Assembly: GCF_000013905.1 (NCBI RefSeq)
Contig: NC_007969.1
Span: 120,001 to 152,000, forward strand
Reading direction: 5' to 3'
DNA: 32,000 nucleotides
From: Psychrobacter cryohalolentis K5
GTDB taxonomy: Bacteria > Pseudomonadota > Gammaproteobacteria > Pseudomonadales > Moraxellaceae
The first letter of the stretch is position 1, and every line of letters begins with the position of its first letter. Below the pieces are notes generated by a model. The model was not told the origin of the DNA and did no database searches. It worked only from the letters and a program-made list of their open reading frames with translations. The translations under genes were made by a program, and so were the position numbers. Below are positions 19,471-28,130 of the stretch, piece by piece.

Positions 19471-21138
19471 ATGAACGATACAAAAGACAATAAAGTCTAT
19501 AGCAGTGCCCGCCATTCTAAATATTGGCAGAAGCTGAAGGCAGCAGCTGAGTCGAAGTGGTCATTAGCTGCCTTGTTTGCACAAGATAATACGCGTACCC
19601 AACGTTTTAGTGCTCAAAGTGGGGCGCTGTATATGGACTACAGCAAGCAATGTTTAGATGATACTGTGCTAGAAAGTTTATTAAATCTGGCAAATAGTTG
19701 TGAATTGTCTGCTCGTATTCAGGCCTTGCTACAAGGGGCGATGGTGAATACCAGTGAAGAACGTGCCGCTTTGCATACTGCACTACGATTGCCCACCACA
19801 GCAAATTTACAACTTGATAATCAAGATGTAGTCGCTGATGTCCATCAAAGTTTGGGGCAAGTTGAACGCTTATCGGAGCGTGTACGCAGTGGGACATGGC
19901 GCGGGTTTTCAGGTAAAGCGATTACAGATGTTGTTAATATCGGTGTAGGGGGTTCTGACTTAGGGCCACTGATGGCAACCACTGCCCTTGATGAGTGGGC
20001 AGATACCTGTGTTGAGGTCCATTTCGTCTCCAATATGGATGGCACGCAGCTGGATAATTTGCTAAAACATCTGAATCCTGAAACCACTTTATTTATTATC
20101 TCATCTAAATCTTTTGGTACCATTGATACCTTATCCAATGCCAAAACGGCACTATCATGGCTGCTTGCAACCGCAAAGCTGCGTGCGGGCACTGAAGACA
20201 GTGTATTACGTCGTCATTTCATCGGTATCTCGGCCAATAGTGAAAAAATGAGTGCTTGGGGTATTCATCCTGAGCACCAGTTGCAGCTTTGGGAATGGGT
20301 AGGGGGCCGTTTTTCTTTATGGTCAGCGATTGGTCTTGCCATAGCTATTCGTATCGGTATGTCTGGGTTTAAAGAGCTGTTGGCAGGCGCGCATAGTATG
20401 GATGAGCATTTTGCGCAGGCGGATTTTGCAGAAAACTTACCGGTATTATTGGGCTTAATCGCAGTTTGGAATAGCACCTTTTTGCAGGTAAATGCTCATA
20501 CTGTGCTGCCTTATGATGGGCGCTTAAGCTATTTACCCAGTTATTTAACTCAGCTAGAGATGGAAAGTAATGGTAAATCGGTGACCCAGCATGGTGATCG
20601 TATTGATTATGATACCTGTCCTATTCTTTGGGGTGAAATTGGTTCTAATGCCCAACATGCTTTTTATCAGCTGCTACATCAAGGAACGCAGCAAGTCTCT
20701 TGTGATTTTATCGCTTGTGTACGTCGCTACAGTGATAAGGCAAAAAATACGCCACTACAACAGCAGCATGAACTGTCTTTAGCCAATTGTTTGGCTCAAA
20801 GCCGTGTACTGGCTTTTGGTAATGCTGCTATCGCTGAAACGGATAGTCAAATTGCTTGTGATGCTGATAAATATAAATACTACCGAGGCAACCAGCCTTC
20901 TACAACCTTGCTGATTGATGAACTTACTCCGCATAGCTTAGGGGCGTTAATCGCGCTTTATGAGCATAAGGTTTATGTTATGGCTAGTATCTGGGATATC
21001 AATCCATTTGATCAATGGGGCGTTGAGATGGGTAAGCAGATGGCAGAGTCCGTTCATGATGCGATGCAGCAAGAGGGTAACGCACCATTCGATACCTCAA
21101 CCAATCAGCTGTTAAAACATATCAAACAGCTTTCTTGA
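19471..21138 (+). CDS. pgi: Glucose-6-phosphate isomerase
   Basis: The 555-aa product has GVGGSDLGP and the PGI signature WVGGRFSLWSAIG. It starts 3 nt after the galU stop. Confidence 0.96.
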   Translation: MNDTKDNKVYSSARHSKYWQKLKAAAESKWSLAALFAQDNTRTQRFSAQSGALYMDYSKQCLDDTVLESLLNLANSCELSARIQALLQGAMVNTSEERAALHTALRLPTTANLQLDNQDVVADVHQSLGQVERLSERVRSGTWRGFSGKAITDVVNIGVGGSDLGPLMATTALDEWADTCVEVHFVSNMDGTQLDNLLKHLNPETTLFIISSKSFGTIDTLSNAKTALSWLLATAKLRAGTEDSVLRRHFIGISANSEKMSAWGIHPEHQLQLWEWVGGRFSLWSAIGLAIAIRIGMSGFKELLAGAHSMDEHFAQADFAENLPVLLGLIAVWNSTFLQVNAHTVLPYDGRLSYLPSYLTQLEMESNGKSVTQHGDRIDYDTCPILWGEIGSNAQHAFYQLLHQGTQQVSCDFIACVRRYSDKAKNTPLQQQHELSLANCLAQSRVLAFGNAAIAETDSQIACDADKYKYYRGNQPSTTLLIDELTPHSLGALIALYEHKVYVMASIWDINPFDQWGVEMGKQMAESVHDAMQQEGNAPFDTSTNQLLKHIKQLS

Positions 21139-21175
21139 GAGCGCTGCTATATTAATAACGACTAAAGGTACACTC

Positions 21176-22588
21176 ATGAGCGCCGAGACTATGGATAAAA
21201 ACATGCCCCAATCTGAATCCAATTCGTTTAGCGATTTGGCAAAAGAATCTGCTGTCTGTGTACTTATTGGTCATAGTATTGAGGCGGTGACCAGTGCTGT
21301 CGTACTGGCAAGTCTTGGTCAGCAAGTGCATTTATACGCAGACCAAGAGATATTGGCGCAGCAGCTACATCAATATGGCTTTGAGCATCATTTGCAGGCA
21401 CTATGGCAAATGTATACGCAGCAACAGCATATTGTTAGTTATGAGCTGCCTAATAACGCTGATAGGCTTATACAGCTTTATGAAGTAGCAGATCATAGCA
21501 ATACGAAAGCTATCGAAGAGCAGCAAAAGGTAAATCAACCAAAATCAGTAATCCTATATTGGTTGTTTTTAGACAGTGTAGATTCGGTATGGGTAGAGGA
21601 TGATTGGATTACCGCCTTTAATCATAGTCAACAGCAGACACAACCGTTCATGATGAGTGGCATTAAGCCGCTTGGCACTATAGATGCATTGTCTCAGCGC
21701 TTAAAGCGTGCTTGGGTCTATTATCTACCGTTCGTTTTCTTAAAAGATGGTGATGCTTATAGCTCGATGTTAAATCCGTCACTATGGCTACTCGGTGAAA
21801 AAACCTCTAATAGTCGTCATCATTTGGGTATGCTACAGCCATTAATGCAGCATGCGCGTGCTACTCATTATGCCAATATCGCGACTATCGAATTTGCTCG
21901 TAGTAGCATCATGGCGATGCTCGCAACGCGGGTCAGTTTCATGAATGAGATGTCGCGCTTGGCGGATAGTCAACAAGTCGATATCCAGCAAGTCAGCCAT
22001 ATCATGGGGCTTGATGAGCGCGTGGGCAGTAGCTACTTGCAGGCGGGCTGGGGATTTGGTGGTAATACGCTACCGACAGAATTGCTTCAGCTACAGCAAT
22101 CAAGTCAAGCACAGAGCTTGGCCATGCCGCTATTACAATCGGTTATCCATATTAATGAAGACCAAAAAGAGCTAATATTCCGCAAGTTTTGGCAATATTT
22201 TGATGGTTTTATCGATAATAAAACGGTCATGATTTGGGGCGGCAGTTATAAAGCCGGCTCAGGACGGACGGCAGAGTCGGCGATTCATCCTTTATTGGCA
22301 TTATTGTGGTCTTATAATATTCGCACGCTGGTCTATAGTGATAAAGCGCAAACGGAGCTAGCAGCGCTTTATAAGCAGCAGCCATTACTGGAGTTAATAA
22401 ATAATCCTTATCAAAAGCTTAATGAGGCGCAGGCAATTTTTATTATCAGCTGGTTGCAAGAGAACCGACTAGATATTGCTAAGCTTAATGAGCAAGCGAT
22501 GCCCGTATTCGATGCGCAAAATGCCTTGTCACGAACGCAGATAGATGGTCTAGTCGGCGACTATATGGGGATTGGTCGCGCTAAATAA
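21176..22588 (+). CDS. UDP-glucose/GDP-mannose dehydrogenase family homologue with degenerate active-site and NAD-binding motifs (probable pseudoenzyme or neofunctionalised paralogue)
   Basis: The central region IEFARSSIMAMLATRVSFMNEMSRLADSQQVDIQQVSHIMGLDERVGSSYLQAGWGFGGNTLPTE aligns by eye with E. coli Ugd [65 protein letters not shown]. The catalytic Cys is Thr (codon 298, 22067-22069). The GxGxxG position reads GHSIEA (codons 32-37). Confidence 0.8.
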   Translation: MSAETMDKNMPQSESNSFSDLAKESAVCVLIGHSIEAVTSAVVLASLGQQVHLYADQEILAQQLHQYGFEHHLQALWQMYTQQQHIVSYELPNNADRLIQLYEVADHSNTKAIEEQQKVNQPKSVILYWLFLDSVDSVWVEDDWITAFNHSQQQTQPFMMSGIKPLGTIDALSQRLKRAWVYYLPFVFLKDGDAYSSMLNPSLWLLGEKTSNSRHHLGMLQPLMQHARATHYANIATIEFARSSIMAMLATRVSFMNEMSRLADSQQVDIQQVSHIMGLDERVGSSYLQAGWGFGGNTLPTELLQLQQSSQAQSLAMPLLQSVIHINEDQKELIFRKFWQYFDGFIDNKTVMIWGGSYKAGSGRTAESAIHPLLALLWSYNIRTLVYSDKAQTELAALYKQQPLLELINNPYQKLNEAQAIFIISWLQENRLDIAKLNEQAMPVFDAQNALSRTQIDGLVGDYMGIGRAK

Positions 22589-22650
22589 GCGCTTTCTATC
22601 AAGTATAAAATAAGCTCAGTAGACAAACAGTTGTTAGATTAAAGCTAAAT

Positions 22651-22691
22651 AAAAGCGCCGATTAATATAAAAATTAATCGGCGCTTTTTTT
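22651..22691. terminator. Bidirectional rho-independent terminator between the convergent ugd-like gene and pgm
   Basis: The sequence is AAAA-GCGCCGATTAAT-ataaaa-ATTAATCGGCGC-TTTTTTT, with a perfect 12-bp stem. Confidence 0.85.
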
Positions 22692-22739
22692 ATCTTTATA
22701 AGTTTAGAATGTCTTTATTTAGCATTGCAGCTATTGAAG

Positions 22740-24233
22740 TTAAGCAGGTACAGCACCTTTACTGGCAAGCCATTGTTGAATCTCCTGGGTCTTGGTCTGT
22801 AGTAAATCTTCATCACCGCGACTTTCAATATTTAACCGAACTAATGGTTCAGTATTTGAGGCGCGTAAGTTAAAACGCCATTCGCCAAAGTTTAAACTCA
22901 AACCATCGAGCATCGATTTGGTTGGGTTTTCGGTACTAAACTTTTCTTCGATAGCGCTAATAATCGTCTGCGCATCATGCGTGGTCAGATGAAAGTTCAT
23001 CTCGCCTGAGCTTGGATAGGCTGCAATATAACCACTGACCAATTCTGACAAGGTTTTACCGGTAATCGATAATAGCTCAATGGTCAGCAGCCAAGGAATC
23101 ATACCGCTATCGCAGTAGAAAAAATCGCGAAAATAATGATGCGCTGACATCTCGCCACCATAAACCGCACCAGAATCACGCATCACCTGCTTGATAAATG
23201 AGTGCCCAGATTTACTAATAACCGCCTTACCGTTATGCTCATGGATGACGGCTTCGGTGTTATAAATCACCCGTGGATCATAAACAATCGACTCGCCTGC
23301 ATACTTATTTAAAAAGGCTTGCGCCAGCATCCCAACGACATAGCTACCATCGATAAATTCGCCGTATTCATCGAATAAAAAGCAGCGGTCAAAATCGCCA
23401 TCAAAGGCAATCCCAAGGTCGGCTTTATTTTCTAACACCGCTTGCTGGGTGGCGGTTCTATTAGCCAAAATCATCGGATTAGGGATGCCATTTGGAAAAC
23501 TACCGTCAGGGGCATGATGCAGTTTAATGACTTCAATCGGTGCGCCAGCTTGTGCTAACTTTTCGATTAATAAATCAACCACGGGACCGGCGCTGCCATT
23601 GCCTGAATTAATAACCAGTTTAAGTGGTTTTAATTTGTCAGTATCGATGAAAGTCATCACATGATTGATATAGGCGCTTTTATCCGTCAGTAATTGTAGG
23701 TTGCCTAAGGTGTTAGCAGTGGTAAATTGCCCCGATTCCGCCAACGCTTGAATCTCTGCCAAACCATCATCGGCGCTAATCGGTTTTGAGTGCTCTTTGA
23801 CCAATTTTAAGCCATTATAATTAATCGGATTATGACTGGCAGTGACTTCGATACCGCCCAACGCTTGATAGTAGCTGGTGGCAAAATACACCTCTTCTGT
23901 ACCTGTCATTCCCAAGTCGATAACATCGACGCCAGCATCTAGCATGCCTTTGATAGTCGCTTGTTTTAACTGTTCACTTGAATGGCGAATATCGCTACCA
24001 ATAACGATAGCTGATTTTAAGTTTTTCAGTTCAGCGGTAGCATCATTATCGGCACTGTTATAACGCTCGAATAAAATTTGGGCAAAGGCACGGCCGATAC
24101 GGTAGGCGATAGCTTCATCGAGATTGACACCAAGCTCGCCGCGGATATCGTAAGCTTTAAATGAATCAATGTTAATCGGTGCGAACTGGGTTTGAGTCGC
24201 ATAGCTGGCATTATTCGTATCGGATGTGGGCAT
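22740..24233 (-). CDS. pgm: Phosphoglucomutase/phosphomannomutase (AlgC/ManB type)
   Basis: The 497-aa product has the phosphoserine loop TASHNPINYNG, the Mg-binding motif GIAFDGDFDR and the sugar-binding motif GGEMSAHH. Confidence 0.93.
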   Translation of the reverse strand: MPTSDTNNASYATQTQFAPINIDSFKAYDIRGELGVNLDEAIAYRIGRAFAQILFERYNSADNDATAELKNLKSAIVIGSDIRHSSEQLKQATIKGMLDAGVDVIDLGMTGTEEVYFATSYYQALGGIEVTASHNPINYNGLKLVKEHSKPISADDGLAEIQALAESGQFTTANTLGNLQLLTDKSAYINHVMTFIDTDKLKPLKLVINSGNGSAGPVVDLLIEKLAQAGAPIEVIKLHHAPDGSFPNGIPNPMILANRTATQQAVLENKADLGIAFDGDFDRCFLFDEYGEFIDGSYVVGMLAQAFLNKYAGESIVYDPRVIYNTEAVIHEHNGKAVISKSGHSFIKQVMRDSGAVYGGEMSAHHYFRDFFYCDSGMIPWLLTIELLSITGKTLSELVSGYIAAYPSSGEMNFHLTTHDAQTIISAIEEKFSTENPTKSMLDGLSLNFGEWRFNLRASNTEPLVRLNIESRGDEDLLQTKTQEIQQWLASKGAVPA

Positions 24234-24388
24234 AACGATAAAATCCTTGCGTTTAAGCAGTGAGATGATAATTAAGTAGGTTACACAATTATAAGCTAAT
24301 CAGTGTTCAATGCTACACTAACGACAAAATCGTTATAAACTTAATAGGGTTCTATTGAATAACCAATAAAAATATAAGAGTGTTTTTT

Positions 24389-25252
24389 ATGAATAGCTTA
24401 GAAAATAAAATAACAGCGCCTACACTGGTACAAGGAACGCCAGAAGCAAGTGGCGAATTAGCGGATTTGTTGTCCTTAATGGCGCGGTTGCGTAGCGATT
24501 GTCCATGGGATAAAAAGCAAAGCAATCATAGCTTAATTCCGTATGCGATTGAAGAAGCCTATGAGCTCGGCGAAGCGGTACAAAGTAATGATGATGAAGA
24601 CATCAAAGGCGAGCTTGGCGATGTGCTGCTGCAAGTGGTTTTTCATTGTCAGATGTACGCTGAACAAGAGCGCTTTGATATGATTGATGTGATTACCACT
24701 TTACAAGAAAAGCTGATTCGCCGGCATCCGCATGTGTTTGAAGCAGAAACGCTTAAAGATGAAGCCGCGGTAAAAGAACGCTGGGATGAGATTAAAGTAG
24801 AAGAGCAACAAGCCCGCGCCGTACGTGGCAAACCACAGCGTCGTTTGGACAATACCAAAGCAGGTAGTGCGCTGATGCAGGCGCAGGATGTGCAAAAACA
24901 GGCGTCAAAATTGGGTTTTGATTGGGAAGGCGTCAGTGGCGCATTTGATAAACTCGATGAAGAAATTGCCGAGCTAAAGACCGAGATTTTAGATAAGCCC
25001 CAAGTTGAAATCAAAACCAATATCAGAGAGATTGAAAAGGAGCTTGGCGATTGCATGTTTGCGCTTGTCAATGTGGCGCGCAAATTAGACCTTGATGCGG
25101 AAACAGCAACGCTGACCTGTGTACATAAATTTAAATCACGTTTTGGCTATATTGAAGACCAGTTAGCTGCCGCAGGCAAGCGTTTAGAAGACAGCGATAT
25201 CAATGAGATGGATGCGTTATGGGAAGCGGCGAAACAACATGAACGCGACTAA
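24389..25252 (+). CDS. mazG: Nucleoside triphosphate pyrophosphohydrolase MazG
   Basis: Two tandem MazG domains are present (EEAYELGEAV...GELGDVLLQVVF and EIAELK...ELGDCMFALVNVARKL). I chose the ATG at 24389; the track uses a GTG 9 nt upstream. Confidence 0.92.
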   Translation: MNSLENKITAPTLVQGTPEASGELADLLSLMARLRSDCPWDKKQSNHSLIPYAIEEAYELGEAVQSNDDEDIKGELGDVLLQVVFHCQMYAEQERFDMIDVITTLQEKLIRRHPHVFEAETLKDEAAVKERWDEIKVEEQQARAVRGKPQRRLDNTKAGSALMQAQDVQKQASKLGFDWEGVSGAFDKLDEEIAELKTEILDKPQVEIKTNIREIEKELGDCMFALVNVARKLDLDAETATLTCVHKFKSRFGYIEDQLAAAGKRLEDSDINEMDALWEAAKQHERD

Positions 25253-25670
25253 TAAAAGCTTGCTTATTAAATGGTTAGCCATCAAATGGTCGTTTATTAA
25301 ATGGCAGCATGCTAATTTGTTTAAAAATGTAGCCATTTTTTTAGTAGGCATGGTTTCTATCATGGCTATGCTGTCTCATCCTGTCTTTGCCGCCCCTTGT
25401 TTTGATAACGCCCAAAGTGCTTATAACTACATATTGACGCAAGAGACAGCACAAACTCAAGCACGTATGCAGTCAATCATTAATATTAATCGAGCAACAG
25501 AAGGTGAGCTTACGTTGCTACATGGTATCGGTAGCAATAAGGCGCAAGCCATTATCCTATATCGTGAGATGTTTGGCAGTTTTAGAACGGTTGATGAATT
25601 GACAAAGGTAAAGGGTATTGGCGCAAAAACCGTTGATAAAAATCGAGGACGTTTGACCGTGCAAGATTAA
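25239..25670 (+). CDS. comEA: ComEA-family helix-hairpin-helix DNA-binding (competence) protein
   Basis: The C-terminus has tandem HhH motifs (LTLLHGIGSNKAQAII, LTKVKGIGAKTVDKN). A signal-peptide-like segment KNVAIFLVGMVSIMAMLSHPVFA/AP precedes them. The start is ambiguous: ATG 25239 overlaps mazG by 14 nt, and an in-frame TTG at 25317 would give a textbook signal peptide. Confidence 0.8.
   Translation: MNATNKSLLIKWLAIKWSFIKWQHANLFKNVAIFLVGMVSIMAMLSHPVFAAPCFDNAQSAYNYILTQETAQTQARMQSIININRATEGELTLLHGIGSNKAQAIILYREMFGSFRTVDELTKVKGIGAKTVDKNRGRLTVQD
25263..25307 (+). repeat. Three tandem imperfect 15-bp repeats (CTTATTAAATGGTTA / GCCATCAAATGGTCG / TTTATTAAATGGCAG)
   Basis: Read directly from the sequence, with shared core AT[TC]AAATGG at 15-bp spacing. 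If translated, it encodes LIKWL-AIKWS-FIKWQ at the comEA N-terminus. Confidence 0.7.
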
Positions 25671-25834
25671 TCGCTGTATTTTACTTTAATTAACCCCAAT
25701 ATTGACAAAATAGCATGTAAGTAACTGTCTAAATACACCCACCATGGCCAAAATTTGTTAAACTAGCACGTACATCCGCCTGATTGACGCTGTGTTCGTC
25801 AGGGTGGTTAAGAAAAAAGGCAAGGAGTAGATGC

Positions 25835-28096
25835 ATGGCCGAGCGTGCCGCCAAGCAGTTAGAACTGAATAAATCTGAATTACCCAATTCTATTACCGAA
25901 GTAATCGCAACCCTAACCCGAGCTGGGTTTGACGCCTATATCGTCGGTGGTGGCGTGCGTGATACCTTGCTAGGACTGCGTCCAAAAGATTTTGACGCGG
26001 TCACTGATGCCAAGCCTCATGAGATTAAAGACGTCTTTGGTAAGCGCTGCCGTATTATCGGTCGCCGTTTTCAGTTGGCGCATGTGTACTCTGGGCGTGA
26101 GCTTATCGAAGTAGCCACCTTCCGTGGTCCACCTATTAATGATTCTAATACCAATCAAGACGGTATGATTCTGCGCGACAATGTATGGGGTGATATCAAA
26201 CAAGACTTTGCCCGTCGTGATTTTTCTATTAATGCCCTTTATTATCAGCCGCTCAAAGGCATAGTTCATGATTTTTGCGACGCGCTTGAAGATATTGATA
26301 ATAAAATTATCCGTTTATTAGGCAATGCGCCGATTCGTATCGAAGAAGATCCGGTCAGATTGCTGCGTGCCTTGCGTTTCAAAGCAAAATTGGGTTTTGA
26401 GTTTGATAGCGAATTAGCCGCACAGTTCCATGATGGCAACTGGTCATTACTTGAACAAATCTCTCCGCACCGTCTATATGATGAAACGCAAAAGATGTTT
26501 ACCGGTGGTTATTTAGTACCATTATTACCGTTATTGTTTGATTCAGGCGCGATTGATAGTCTTATCATTTATCCGCCTTCTGAGCCAAGTGCCTTAGTTA
26601 AACAAGTCGCTATTAATACCGACAAACGTATTGCTGCTGGCAAAAGTATCAACCCAGCATTCTTTTATGCCGCTTTGCTGTGGGAGAACTACTTACATCA
26701 ACTAGAAAAAGCCAAAAAGCGCAATATGCCTTTTGCGGATGCACAAATGCATGCAGCAGGCAAAGTGATTGATCGTCAACGTATCAAGACTGCCATTCCA
26801 AAATTTGCTGAACAGTTTATTCGTGATATCTGGATATTGCAGCCAAAACTGGCCGCGCCGCGTAGCAAACAGATTGTACAGCTATCTGAGCATCCACGTT
26901 TTCGTGCCGGTTTTGATTTCTTATTATTGCGCGAGCAGTGCGGCGATGCAGAGCATCCACTTTCTGAATCGACTAATGATATGGGCGAGTGGTGGCAGAC
27001 CTATCAAACCTTGACTGAGCAGCAGCAGGATCAAGCGATTGATGACTTTGATGAAAATATCCGCCGCGGTGCTTATAAACAAGGTCAGCGTGGTCGTGGA
27101 CGCAATCGTCAAAAGCAGCAGCATTCGAATGACAATGCTAAGTTGAGTCAGTTGGATAATGACTATCAAGGTAAAGCGCTGAGTAATGGTCATGCAAAAC
27201 CAGCAATGGTTAATGATGCCTCAAATGTGCCATCACGTCGTCGCCGTGCCAGTCAGCATACTTCTGCTAATAGTAAAAGTTATAGCCCGCAGCAACTCAC
27301 ACAAGACAATAATGAGCTGGCACAGTTGCAGCAATTGTCTTTGGCGAGCAGTAATAATGGTAGCAATCAGCAGCACATGCCGAAACCTGCACCATTGTTT
27401 GTCATAGAACACAGCAACGTCGTACCGCCTTTGAAAAAGCAGCTATCTGGTTCAGATAAAGCACTGCCTAAAGCGACGCAAAAAGCGCCTATTCAAAAAG
27501 TGCTTGAGCAAGCAACAGTTAGTAAAAAGGCATCGGCTGATAGTCAATCGCAGCTGCAAGAAAAAGCTGTTAATAAAGCGAGTGACTTAACTAATAGATC
27601 GCATACACCAAAAGAGTCAGTGAATACTCAGGTGTCTTCAACTAATGCTCGTAGCTCCGCTTATGCAGAGCGCAACGTCGCGCAGTCACCAGCACTTGTT
27701 AGTATGAATAATGAGCCGATACCGCACAAGCGCCGTCGTCGTCAGCCTACTGTGATTGAAAATAGTGGTATTGTCGCAGAGGCTAGCAGTGCTAAAGAAG
27801 CAACGACAATAGACACCAGTAGTAATGAGAAATCATCTGGGAAGTACGCAAAAAAAGTGCCTAAACCAGCTGTTCACTCTACTGATAACGTCATTGATAA
27901 AGCACCGAAACCCGCTAAAGCATCAAGTACTAAGTCTACTAAAGCTAAACGAGACGCTAGTGGTCAAAGTGCTACTAATCAAAGTTCTAACGAACAGCAA
28001 GATGCTAATAAAGTAGCTAACAGTAATATGAATGCCAATAAAGGTCCTGTGCCATCGAAACGTCGCCGTCGTCAGCCAAGCGTCAATGACGTTTAA
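25835..28096 (+). CDS. pcnB: Poly(A) polymerase I with a roughly 350-aa low-complexity basic C-terminal extension
   Basis: The nucleotidyltransferase head has YIVGGGVRDTLLGLRPKDFDAV and RRDFSINALYY and is colinear with E. coli PcnB up to about EWWQTYQ. I chose the ATG at 25835, which has AAGGAG 8 nt upstream; the track start at 25784 is a TTG. The product is 753 aa, compared with roughly 460 aa for typical PcnB. Confidence 0.92.
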   Translation: MAERAAKQLELNKSELPNSITEVIATLTRAGFDAYIVGGGVRDTLLGLRPKDFDAVTDAKPHEIKDVFGKRCRIIGRRFQLAHVYSGRELIEVATFRGPPINDSNTNQDGMILRDNVWGDIKQDFARRDFSINALYYQPLKGIVHDFCDALEDIDNKIIRLLGNAPIRIEEDPVRLLRALRFKAKLGFEFDSELAAQFHDGNWSLLEQISPHRLYDETQKMFTGGYLVPLLPLLFDSGAIDSLIIYPPSEPSALVKQVAINTDKRIAAGKSINPAFFYAALLWENYLHQLEKAKKRNMPFADAQMHAAGKVIDRQRIKTAIPKFAEQFIRDIWILQPKLAAPRSKQIVQLSEHPRFRAGFDFLLLREQCGDAEHPLSESTNDMGEWWQTYQTLTEQQQDQAIDDFDENIRRGAYKQGQRGRGRNRQKQQHSNDNAKLSQLDNDYQGKALSNGHAKPAMVNDASNVPSRRRRASQHTSANSKSYSPQQLTQDNNELAQLQQLSLASSNNGSNQQHMPKPAPLFVIEHSNVVPPLKKQLSGSDKALPKATQKAPIQKVLEQATVSKKASADSQSQLQEKAVNKASDLTNRSHTPKESVNTQVSSTNARSSAYAERNVAQSPALVSMNNEPIPHKRRRRQPTVIENSGIVAEASSAKEATTIDTSSNEKSSGKYAKKVPKPAVHSTDNVIDKAPKPAKASSTKSTKAKRDASGQSATNQSSNEQQDANKVANSNMNANKGPVPSKRRRRQPSVNDV

Positions 28097-28130
28097 CGTT
28101 CACAGCGAATATAAGAGTAAAGTGATAACG

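Noticed and set aside
24649-25083. 144-aa minus-strand ORF, with a nested 64-aa ORF at 24701-24895
   Set aside because: It is antisense to mazG. It is a Ser/Cys/Ala-rich low-complexity translation with no independent signals.
26769-27407. Alternative-frame and antisense ORFs inside the pcnB tail (26769-27014, 26924-27193, 27186-27407, 27825-28016), raising the idea that the tail is a separate or frameshifted gene
   Set aside because: The pcnB frame is continuous from the conserved catalytic domain to 28096 with no stop. The alternative ORFs are short (63-89 aa) and lack start signals. The three RRRR motifs all lie in the pcnB frame.
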